Source: Cystobasidiomycetes sp. EMM_F5
Lineage: Eukaryota
Reading direction: 5' to 3'
DNA: 29,333 nt
NCBI GenBank assembly: GCA_051047955.1
Contig: JBPGPT010000050.1
Coordinates: forward strand, 62,001 to 91,333
In this document: piece after piece, positions 1-11,049 of the stretch
Layout of the letters: the number at the start of each line of letters is the position of its first letter
How positions within the stretch are numbered: position 1 is the first letter of the stretch
The notes under the pieces: generated by a model
Told to the model about the DNA's origin: nothing
Seen by the model: the letters and a program-made list of their open reading frames with translations, nothing else
Databases searched by the model: none
Made by a program: the position numbers and the translations under genes

Positions 1-3000
1 AAAATTCTTCTTATCGTAGGGGTTGACCGGAATGCATCGTTGCTATGATTTACGCTCATTCAGATGTCGATATATGCTCAGGCAGGCTTGACAGCACTCA
101 CGAAGCCAGCTCTGCTGTAAGATCCAGTAAATTCCGACAGAATAAGCGGGCCCCACTGTCCTTCTTGACAGATAATGTACTCGTGCGATGTCAACTGAGG
201 ACATTAATGTCAGCACTCGAAGAGGTATTTTGCCGGAACCACTTACATTCATGCCTTCGCGCAAGCTCGAATTGATGAAGCACTCCGCCACTTGCAGCAA
301 GGCTAAGTATTGCGAAAAGCTGACGTCTTGGTGCAAGAAGACAACCGGTTGGCTATGACGATAGCTCTTAGTTCGCACGCATCACCTAACACTGTAGACC
401 AGGCACTTACTACGAAAAAGTGGAGAAGCGAGCATTGATGCGAGACACCAGGTCCATCACATCGCCTTGCTTTTCGTTCTCTTCGCTGGTAGCCATGGCC
501 ACCTGGATGAGCACCACCTTACCAACATATTCAGGATTGTGTTCGAGGAAGTACTCGTATGCGACGAGTTTCTGAGGATACGATCATGATCAAGATCAAC
601 CGTGTGAACTCGAACGTGTTAAACATCCTTACCTGTCGCACGCCTTTGATTTCATCGAGCTTGTCCCTCGCCATCAAGATACGCATGCCTTTGTACTGTT
701 CCCGTAATATTTTGAGCCACTCTCCGACTTCTGCCTCACGTCTAGTAATGCGGACGTTTAGCGGCCGCGTTGTCGTCATCGAATACGATTATTGACACTC
801 ACTTTCGTTCATGCAAGGCCTTTACGTCAATACCGATAGAAAAGACGCCGACTTTGGCAAAGCCATTCTGCAGTTGTATTCCACGAGGAATAGCTTCCAC
901 GCTTAAAAGCCGTTGACAGGTTTGCCGGAAATGACGAGCCAAGTTGTATGTTTGGAAACCGATGAGATCTGCACCGAGTACACCTTCCAAGAGCTCCCTA
1001 CGATTGGCCAAGCAACGGAAAATCTCCGAAGATGGGAAGGCGATGTGACTATGGCACAATATTATCAGCTATGACATATCAGCCGTCGCATTCTGTAATG
1101 CTCACAGGAAAAATCCGATGGTCGCGTCTGGCAGCTTGTGCCGAACCATGTTGGGTACCAGCATAAGGTGATAGTCATTTATCCATACTGTGGAGCAGAG
1201 GTCGAGCGCTGCTCAGCATGACTGCTTGCGCTCGCTGTAACATCTCCCACTCACTCAAATCTCCCTTCTTGTACACTGACACAATCTTGTCCGCAAAGGC
1301 TTGGTTCATGGCCACGTAATCTTTCCACGCTGGTGATTGGTATGCCTTGGTCTTGTGCACATCGTGTACCTGATAGTGAAATGTAGGCCACAATATCTAA
1401 ACACGCATTCATCAATGCCACTCGTAAACAGCTTATAACGGAATCCGGCCAACCTGCTTGCAAAACATATCATAGGCGGGTTCCAGCACATCGTCTTCGA
1501 CCCAAACTGCATGTGATCGCTTTTCCTCGCGATACTTTGTATCAATGGCATTCCGGAGTGGTTCGTCAAGCTCTCCGATGCCGCATCCGATAGTTCCGAC
1601 CCATCGGTATTCGCGTATGCCATCTTTGGCAGATGGAATGCTACTGACGTGCGTCGAACGGATAGGCCTATCTTCGGCTGCCACCTCACCTGTTGAAGCG
1701 CGTTCTGGTGCTGATCTTCCGAGACGCGGGGGAATGGGGTCGGAGGCAGTGCGGATATGAGCATCTGCGACACTTCGCACTGCGTTTTGTAAGCCCCCAT
1801 TGCCATGTGGATTGGACTCGAGGTAGAATTGAGGAAGTCCAGGTTGAGATCCGTATGGGGTCAGTGGGGTCGTTAGACCACTGTCGCTTCCGCCGTGCAT
1901 GCCAGCCGCAGAGGCAGTCGATGACCGACGACGATGACTGTCGCGCCTGCCAGAACGGGAGAAGGTCCTTGTGAGTTGACCAGGACCGGTACCGGTTGCG
2001 CTTCCAGGACGAGTTATGGATGTAGCTCGCGGACGTTGGGATTGCGCCGTGGCAGCCATCCCCGACAGTGGGGAGGTCTTATCTGTCGACTGCGCCGGAG
2101 TGCGGGTCAAGATAGAGCCTCCATGTTCGCCTGGCTTGCTCGCGTCTCGTCCCAGAATACCGCCTGCGCCGGATACACCGTCGCGGTTCGATGCGCCCCC
2201 GTACCTGGAATTTGATAGTCCTAGCGAAGGATGGCCTTCTGAAAGTAGACGAGCTGGGTTTGGTCTTCGCATTGCGATAGACGCCTGTAGAGAAGGCGTT
2301 GTCGGTAGCGTCGGGACCGGAGGCGCAGCTCCAGCGGAAAGTGCAGCTTCAAAGGGGTTATAACCAAGGGAAAGGTCTGAAGGCGTGACTTTGGGTATCG
2401 GTACGCCTGGAGTAGCAGTCGCTTTTGTGCGGAGATCATCCAGAATGGACATGCCTCGACCTGCTAGAGGCGGTCGGGTCGGCACTCCTAGCGTTGAGGT
2501 TGCCCTTCCGCTGCTCTCAGACTGTATCGCCTGTATGGAAGGCATGGCTGCCAGTTGCAATGCGTTTGTCTGTCTTGCACCTGGCTGTGACGATGGCTTG
2601 GCTCTGCTGTTTTCGGCCGCACTTGGCGCATTTTGTCCATCAAAGCTGAGTGGAAAGTGAGACTGTTGACCATTCGGAGTACCAGGCTGTGACGCTATAA
2701 TCGGAGAGAGCGGTCGGGCTGCGACATCCTCAGACAGGGCCGTCCTGCTTGTCGGCCAAGCGACACTGTTTGAAGCCCCGGTCTTGATACGAGAGCCGTC
2801 ATTGCTTGCACTAGCATCACCATTCACAGGCTCGTCCTCGTCGTGCAGCTGCTCTGACGGCGGCGGCAGAGGACTCGCAGGTTCGTCAAAGTTGACAGTT
2901 TCGGGTCTGCGAGGTGAGTGAGGCAGCAAGTATGCGCATCAGCAGCGACGAGACGCAGATTTAAAGCAGAGTCAGCGTTTGTAGGTTTGAGTGTCCAATC

Positions 3001-3074
3001 CTTCGCATTCTCGTCGACCAAACTCACAGAAACAACGTCGCAATGACGAGCCTCGAGCCAGCTGGCTTGGCCAT
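1..3074 (-). CDS. TPS2: Trehalose-6-phosphate synthase/phosphatase complex subunit, Tps2-type (GT20 domain); 3' end runs off the window
   Basis: Exons 3074-3028, 2906-1454, 1396-1255, 1187-1106, 1048-803, 741-633, 571-411, 352-247, 194-102, 42-<1, all GT-AG. Spliced protein starts [22 protein letters not shown] and contains GT20 motifs [96 protein letters not shown]. The phosphatase domain is not visible, so Tps2 versus a regulatory paralogue is inferred. Confidence 0.88.
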
Positions 3075-3411
3075 TGCTATTACGGCAGTCCGCAGACAGC
3101 CTGGCGGGATATTAGTTGTGCTGTAGGTTGAGCCCGTAGTTGCAGGGACTGGCGCTGGTTGCTGCTTGCATAGACTCAAGAATATGCGGTCCTTAAGCTT
3201 GCGTGCCTGGAACGGGATGACGGCAAGGTCACGTTCAAGCTTTCGCCAGCTGTACAGCAGCGGAAAAGGCAGGGAATCTTGGTGTACAACGGGTTTCGGA
3301 GACGCGTAAATACAACCAGCACATGTGTAGGAGCTCGGTGGTGTACATCCGGCCATACGGGTGCGGGACAGGCATTGTGGAGACGCGACCGTCTATCTTT
3401 CAGACCCATAT

Positions 3412-5106
3412 TCATCGACTGTGCACTCTATGACGGCTGCGCAAGTGATCGAATGCATGGTTGCCTCGCCAGTCTCGCTGCCCAGGTATGGTGCTCACTC
3501 CGGTAGTCCTAGGATACCTGGAGTGTCCGTAGCTGCCCCTTCCCGTATGACCAGAGCCTGAGCCTGAGCGACGATCTGAGCGACGATCACTACTGCGATG
3601 ACTTCTTCTTCCACTGCCGCTGGACGGTGATCCACTGCCCAGAAAGCTCGAAATGAGCGGCATCAGGGCAGTCGCGGCAGAAAGTACGCCTGAACCGCCG
3701 CTGCCTGCCGCGCTACCTTGTGCTTTGCCAGTCAACATAGGTAGGAACGTGTTGATGAGGCCCATAAGCCCGCCAGATGAGCCGCTGCCAGATGAGCCGC
3801 CAATCGAATTGCCCAGCGGTCGAGGTGTTCGGGTTTTGGCTTTGTTGTCTACATGCCAGCCGTAAGTCCCTTGATAATCTCCGGCTCGAATTCCTTTGAG
3901 GTCTTGCCGACGATGCCACTCGTTTACAGTAACTGCATCCAGCCCCGACCTGCACCACCACAGATTAAGTTGTAGCCAAAACCCAGGGCAACAAGGGTTA
4001 ACTTACATGTTGGCTCTCGCTCGGCCTTGAACATACGCCAGCTGTGGATCCTCGTTCTCGTTGTGGAACAATGGTCGACCGTCCATTGTGCGATACATAG
4101 CAGCTGAATGATTGAGATCCTTGCCATGCGATATATTTGGTTCCAGTTCTATCGTTCGACCTTTGGGAATGGTTTCGTCAAGCCATTTCTTGACATGACC
4201 ATTTGGTCTAGCATCCTGTACCGCCAGCGCAGCGTTTGCGCCATATTCCCGCCGAGCATCCATCTGCGAGATTCCTTTCACATGTGTTGGCTTGAGCTGT
4301 CGCGGCGCTGATGTCTCGCCGGCGTTGAAAAGACGCTTCTTCCTTGCCCGTAAATCGTGATGTTCCCATGCCTTCCTTCCTCTGCCACTCTCGAACTGAA
4401 GACCCTGAGAATATATCACATCGGGCCCGGCGGGAGCATACGACACTGAGCTTGACGTCCCGCGAGACGGTGCATAGCTGCTTGGTGGCTGTAGAAAGTC
4501 TCGGTAGTCAATTGGTTGCTGGTGGTTTGCGTATGCGTATGCGTCAGCCTCGCTCCGTCGCCTATCATGCATAGAGACTCGTGAGGATGCGGAAGGAGGT
4601 GCTCTAATATCAGAATTTGTGCGTCCAGTGCTCTGAGAAGATCCGGATTGATAACCTCCACTGCTGCCCCCTCGTGATGGGACGGTACGGAAGTCCCCAT
4701 ATTGCGATTGGCCTTGCTGCGATTGAGCCATCTGCGACCCTCCCCACGGAAGAGGGTGGCCCGAGTGCGGAGAGTACTGCGAGGTTCCCATTGATGGGGC
4801 ACCGCCACCTGCAGAGAAGTTACATTAGCGCAAACACAATGCGGAGAAAGTTGGCGTACGGGCATAACCTGAGAAGTCGTCAGAACCAAAGCCCTCGAAT
4901 CCATCGGATGTGCCTTGTGGCATGTACATCAGACCCGGTGGACCAGCAGAGTGGCTTTTTCGGTGGCCGCTAGAGAGTGAAGACGGATTCGTAGACGCCC
5001 TCGTATTGTGGGAATTAGTGGTACTCCCGTCGACATACGACCATCCAGACGAGTGAGATGCGTCAGACCCTACGCTCTTAACTGTGGCCTGGCGAAATCT
5101 TGTCAT
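3412..5106 (-). CDS. Hypothetical Ser/Gly-rich protein (~528 aa)
   Basis: Three ORF-track fragments join in frame through canonical introns 4859-4809 (GTACGC..GCTAAT..CAG) and 4006-3950 (GTAAGT..CAG). Exons 5106-4860, 4808-4007, 3949-3412 total 1587 nt. No family recognised. Confidence 0.7.
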
Positions 5107-5515
5107 TGCAATGTGTGCCTAAGCGGATACCAAGGCCACGGAGATGCTGTCGCTCGACGTGGCACAAGCAAAGCCGTACAATCAGACTCGACGCGTTTTA
5201 AGACCATCTAGGTGTCAGTAAAGGCAGTGAGCTCCGCTATGTTACGGCTGTGGAGACTGTCAGTCAAGGTGGCAACCTGTTTCGACCGCGTAAATTGATG
5301 CTGGAAACAGATAGCGACGTGGGTCAATGTGACAGCCCTTTTACTAATGCAGCAGTTGCAATGGTATGTGCATGTCATCGTCTCGTAGAGTCAAAATGGT
5401 CAGCCTCGATGACGTCCCGGCCGTTGAAAAGCAAAGTGTCCCGTTGATCCGATGCATTTCAGATGCCTGCATTACTCTCCAGCTGACGACTGACGAAGCT
5501 GCATTGCACGACGAC

Positions 5516-7804
5516 ATGGCTGACGTCGCTGCGGCTGGCTCGCATTGGCCAACGTCGAGACTTTCTTGCTTTACGGCAGCGATAGCAACAATCCTGAGTC
5601 TGACGGGAGTGGCCGCTCAAGAAGTAACCCAGCCGAATCCATGTCTGAGATGGGGGGCCATGACCACGGTTGCGCGTGGGCAGAACGCAGACGCTCAGCA
5701 TGCATTGTGGATTTACGGCGGTAGAGCAAGAACGAGCATCGGTCAAGCAGCCGACAGTGAGCAAAATATTTCGATAAATACGTGACCAGCTCATTCATTA
5801 TTATACACACTTCAGCGTGGACGAATGCTCTACTAAAGCTTGATCTGAGCCAGCCCTGGGATGTCGGGACTTCTCCTGTATCTTTAGTTCGGGCCGATTC
5901 CAACAGCTCAACAAGCCCGCCCCAAACCGCTCTCGGAATGATGTGGACAAACGCAAACTCTAGTCAACTGTATACTGCCTTTGGCGAATACAGCGATACC
6001 CCTCCTGCTAGACCATCAGCGAATAATGTGTGGGTATATGACATCCCGTCAAACAAGTGGGGCATTGTAGCTTCATCAGCGAGCGTAAATGCGGCTGCAG
6101 AAGGTGCAATGGCCGTTGTTCCAGGCGCTGGCAGTTCGGTCTCTCAAAAAGCCTTCTATTTCGGCGGGCATGTCGATGAGTGGACACAGGCAAAGTGGGG
6201 AAGTCATTAGAATTTGTCAGATCAACCACTGACGCACCCAATCCAGCTATCATGGTGGACGCGTCTACTTGTCTTCTATGGCTTCGTTCGACGTAGGCGC
6301 AAATGCATGGTCGAACATGACAAAATTTGCTACGAACGGGCAATCCGGATCAAGAAATACCACAGTTTCACAATCACCGCCTATTCTTAGAGCAGGATCC
6401 ACTCTGACATATGTCCCAAACCTCGGGACTGACAATAAAGGCGTGCTTGTATCTATTGGAGTATGTCTTCACCGGAGCTACTCAACATGCACGCCATACT
6501 GACATAGCTAAACAGGGTGGAAACCTCGAGCAGGTTCTCGACAACTCAGTACTGGATGTATACGATATTGGAGCAGGAGCATTCGTGAAGCAAGCTACCC
6601 AAGGCAGCATAATGACTCCACGATTAAGTCATTGTGCTGTACGCGGTTCTGCCATTGTCAATGGACAAGAACAGCACCAAATCTTCGTTTACGGAGGACA
6701 GGCAGCTAACAGGTCGACCCAATTGGCCGAGGGGCCAAGCTCGGATCTATACGTACTCACATTGCCAAGCTACACATGGTCGTTTGTGGGCTCCAACATT
6801 ACCGGAAGCCCAACAGGAAGGGCAGGTCATACATGCGAGCTTCTTGGCGATCAACTCATTTCCGTCGGGGGATACATAAGCGAAAGTATACTTTGCGAAA
6901 TACCGGCAATATACGTGCTCAATACAACCTCGCTCACCTGGGCGACCAGCTATACTCCGAACACACGATATTCCATTCCGACAATGCTGTACAGTGTTAC
7001 GGGAGGTGGCGGCACCAGCAATTCTACAGGATCGAGCGGATGGCAGGGACCGAACAATCAGTACACTGCAGCCACGGCGACCGCGACATCGACAAACGGT
7101 CCTGGACCAACAAGTACAGATGGTGCGAGATTGCAACAAGGCGACAGCAAGAGCAGGGTTGGCGCAATGTAAGACATGGTTACTGCGATTCCTTACAAAC
7201 GTACTGACTTTATTGCACACTAGAATCGGCGGTGTGGTTGGCGGCGTCTGTCTGTTGTTCTTGGTGGCTCTTCTCGTGCATTTCTTCGCGAAGAGGCAGA
7301 GAAAGCGCGAAACTTCGAAGTGGGCTGGTCGAGCACTTCGGACTGCCGGCTTCACACGCACAGGTCGAAATATCAATGGCGACGGAGACAGCTTGTATGG
7401 TGTGGCATACGAAGATACAGTCGGAGAAGAACCTCTGATGGGTCAAGTCCCGATGCGACGTGAGTCGAGAGTGTGGCCCCGCTTGCTCGTGAGCTTACGG
7501 CGTCGCTTTAGCCCTACCGGCGCGTACCACTTCACATCGTCCGACAGACTCGTGGGATTCGCAAAACTCGTTAGATAGCCCTGCTTTCAGCTACAGTGAT
7601 AATGTAGAAGCCGATACCGCTGGTATGCGAGTCATGGGCGGTAGCCACCTAGTCCCGAGAGAGGTGAGGTACTGATAGCGGCTCAGTCGAACCCTGACTA
7701 ACAGCTTTCACCAGACTTTGAGGGTCGCAAACCCATCTGATAATATATCACTCAACTACTCCAACACCAGAAGTACGACTAATACACGCTACGCTCGAGA
7801 TTGA
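5516..7804 (+). CDS. Kelch-repeat type I membrane protein (signal peptide, beta-propeller, Ser/Thr stalk, TM helix; ~654 aa)
   Basis: Exons 5516-5756, 5816-6194, 6247-6460, 6516-7168, 7224-7459, 7512-7663, 7715-7804. Kelch signatures LWIYGG, FYFGG, IFVYGG, GRAGHTC..LISVGG. Hydrophobic N-terminus; TM segment GAIIGGVVGGVCLLFLVALLVHFF followed by KRQRKR; tail PRETLRVANP. The last two exons are less certain. Confidence 0.85.
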
Positions 7805-7940
7805 GCACATTAGAATGATGTAGACACGTATCGGAAAGCAGTGCGACTCTCAAAGGGCGGTAATCCGCGTAATTGTAATTGAGTATAATACCTTGCTTGG
7901 CCACAATGTATGTTATTACAACAACATAATGTACTACGTG

Positions 7941-9182
7941 TCATGCTGTGATCATCGACGGCAACGAAACGGACCCTCCGGAGTCCAGCTGCACTTTCGC
8001 TATTCCCTTATTCAACGTATCGAGCAAAGCGCATGCTTGACATAGTGCATTTGACGACATGGATCCACAACGTTCGCAAGACCCTAACAGTACCAAATGC
8101 AGCTCTCAGCTTATATGTCACATACTACTTGTTGGACAGGACGTACGCTGCACAGGCCGCTTCACTTCGACTTTGACCATACCAGCCATAGATTCGCCCG
8201 AATATACGATATCCAGAATTGAGCTCGGTCTGATGGCTTCGAGGTCTTTGACAAGTGCCCGCGCGTGACCACGATATGCAGTCGGCGAATATATGCACTC
8301 AGTCGAATGGTAGTCAAGTTTCTGCGCAAAGCAGCTCAGTTGACGGACAGCGGTAATGAGATCGTGACCATCTCACTTTGAAGTATGCATACATGACAAT
8401 CTCCTTCTCGTAAGCGTACTTGAACGGCTTGCTCCGCTTAACAGTCCTGCCAGCTTCTCCTGTACCGGTTGTGATGGCCGTACACCTCTCTAGTCTTGCA
8501 ATATCGCCCCGCAAGACTGCAAAGGCCGTCAGTCGCTGGAAGCGGAGAATACGAGACTGTTGCTCACCATTCATAAGCACAGTCTCGGCGACATCGTCTG
8601 CATTGTGCCCAGTCACGATATGATCCACGGCCAAGACGTCTCCTCCTAGATCCAGCGCTTTCCGTCGAAAGACACCGCAGTATGTGCAATTGCCCTTCTT
8701 TCCAGTCTCTTTGACGACTTTATCCATCGTCCAGCCGCCGTACAGATCATGGTATGACAATATTTTCAGTGGCAGCTTGTACTGCTCGCTGTTGCGCTGT
8801 ACGGTCAGAAGCGAATCGTCGCGATATCCCGATATGCCCTCGTCTATACTGAGGAGCTGTAAGTCGAGGCCGTAGTCGTGTCTTTCGTTCAGCAGAGTCA
8901 TAATGTGCGCCAGGACGGTCGAATCTACAATTGTAAACGAGTCAGATCTTGCAGCCTATTAGCAACCAGAGCATGTCCCAGCCCACCTTTTCCACCACTG
9001 GCAGCAACACCCACTCGCTCGCCGCGTCTGAACAGCTTGTTTGCCATGATTGTATTGTGCACTTCAGTCTCGAAAGCCAGAAAGAAGCACTCTCTGCAGA
9101 CAGCCTGCGCAGTTTTTGGCCTTCGAACGATGGCACGACGAGGCAAGCCATCCTTGCTCGTGCATAATGCGCATGGGGCCAT
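7941..9182 (-). CDS. NCS6: Cytoplasmic tRNA 2-thiolation protein 1 (~336 aa)
   Basis: Exons 9182-8987, 8924-8568, 8516-8377, 8321-8147, 8083-7941. PP-loop [71 protein letters not shown], and N- and C-terminal CxxC zinc fingers. Confidence 0.96.
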
Positions 9183-9337
9183 GTTTGAGTGGTTTAGGTG
9201 TTGCCTTGAAACAGCGTCAACGCCACAACGGAGCTTTAAGCGCTTACATGAAAATAGGGTAACACTTCGGTCCATACTGCAGCATTTGCTAATTTACTAA
9301 GACTAACAGACCACAGTCCAGTAATCAACCTGCCGTA
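9183..9337. promoter_or_regulatory. Probable bidirectional promoter between NCS6 and the MBL-fold gene
   Basis: Divergent ATGs are only 155 bp apart; inferred from geometry, no specific sites identified. Confidence 0.55.
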
Positions 9338-10705
9338 ATGACACTTCCCCTCACACCTGTGGACTCGCTGACTGTGACGTGCGGCACTGAACTTGAGCTG
9401 AGGTCGCTTAATACTTCCAGACTGACGTCTCTACCATCAGGGTCCTGGTCGACAACTCTATCGAATGGTACGGTTAAGTCTGATGATTGCCATTGCATAG
9501 ATTTTCAGACTGACCCTATTCTCCACTGGACCCTGAAGGTTCTATCCATGGCCGTTGCAGGAATTTCAGCCAGAGCTTCGTGTGCAAATGCAGCGACACC
9601 CGCCCATAGACGAAAAGACGGGCGTACCGGTGCTCGACCTGGAGAATTAGTGCGTTCGCTGAAGCGAGATATCATCACAACAGTGCTAAATGTGTGGCTG
9701 ATCATGCAGCTGCTGCGGGGCACATGGCCTGAGTTTGCTAGTAACGACAAGCGTAGGGGACGAGGAGCATACAATTCTGTTCGATGCCGGGCCGGAAAGT
9801 AAGAGCATCGCACGAAATGTCGTAGCGCTCAAGGCCGACTTGTCGAGTGTCGAGCGTATCGTTCTATCAGTGAGTGGCTCAAAACCCACGGCACTACTAC
9901 CCGCCAACAACCTTCTGTGCAGCACTGGCATGCAGACCATTCAGGTGGTATACTAACAGCCCTGAACATGATAGCTGACCAGAAGCAAGCATGCCGGCCC
10001 GCCTCCACAAGCACCGTAGTGGATCTGCATCCCGATAGACCCGAAGCGAGGGGGATTTGGCCCCCAAATATGCAAGAGAAGCCATTGTGCCGACTTCCAC
10101 CCGACCCAACATTCGAGGCAATTACAGCCGCACAGGGTCAGATCGAACTGCACGCAGAAGCTCACACGATTGCCGGTGGTACCGTTCTAGTAAGCGGATA
10201 CATCGAGCGGACGACCACTTTCGAGAAAGGTATTGTTGGCGGCTGCCAGTGGATCGATGGCGAATGGGATGTATCGCCTCGCAACCCTGGAGCACTTGTA
10301 CCGGATGAGCGGTACATTGTCGTGGATGTGAAAGACCGAGGTATCATCGTCTTCAGCTCATGCTCGCGTCAGTACACATGACGGTCCGTTACCAAAGTCC
10401 AGCTGACGTGCTATCCAACAGACGCTGGCATCGTAAATGTCTGCAAATCGGCTCTTGCAGCATTCAACCATACACGACCTATATACGCCGTCATTGGCGG
10501 GTTTCACTTGGGTGGATCAGGGATGGAAGACCGGATACCGAACTCAGTCGACTACTTTGCGCATGAGATTGAGTCCCCACTCCGCTGGGTCGTGCCCATG
10601 CACTGTACCGGCTTCAATGCCAAAGTCGCACTCAAGAATGCACTGGGTGATGCCGTCGTTCCTGCGGGCGCAGGCAGCCAAATCACCTTCAAATGCGACA
10701 AATAA
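9338..10705 (+). CDS. Metallo-beta-lactamase-fold hydrolase, MJ0448/DHPS-like family (~355 aa)
   Basis: Exons 9338-9378, 9441-9467, 9539-9649, 9710-9869, 9923-10367, 10422-10705. Motifs VTVLVDN, CCGAHGLSLLV, ILFDAGP, LSHWHADHSGG (HxHxDH), SCSHAGIVN, GGFHL, PMHCTG. Confidence 0.88.
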
Positions 10706-11049
10706 ACGGCCTAAGTTGCGCTGATACGTAGCGCGATATGCATTCCCAACAGGAGTACCAGGATATCAGTCAAGTGCATGCTTCCAAAACTCGTTTACGC
10801 TCCGCTCTGTATTTACTATGATACATGGATTGTCCTCTTGTCATTCGGACTTTGTCGACTACCAATGGAGGTTGTGGCCGCCGGGTCTAGCTATAACACG
10901 TTTCTTTGCAGATTCGTAAAGGCGTGATGCAGAACTAGTTTTGCTACCTGCGACTTGCTTTTGTATTGTCATTTTGCTGTAATGGCGTGTTGCGACCTTG
11001 TGCAATTTGCTGCGATTTGACATTTCTTGGGCCATGTGCAGAGACAAAA

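Noticed and set aside
3075..3356. In-frame upstream ATG extending TPS2 by 94 aa
   Set aside because: It lies only ~55 nt past the neighbouring gene's stop; ATG 3074 directly precedes the conserved first strand motif.
7909..7928. TATGTT/AACATA inverted repeat between the convergent Kelch and NCS6 genes
   Set aside because: Only 6 bp in AT-rich 3' UTR sequence; expected by chance.
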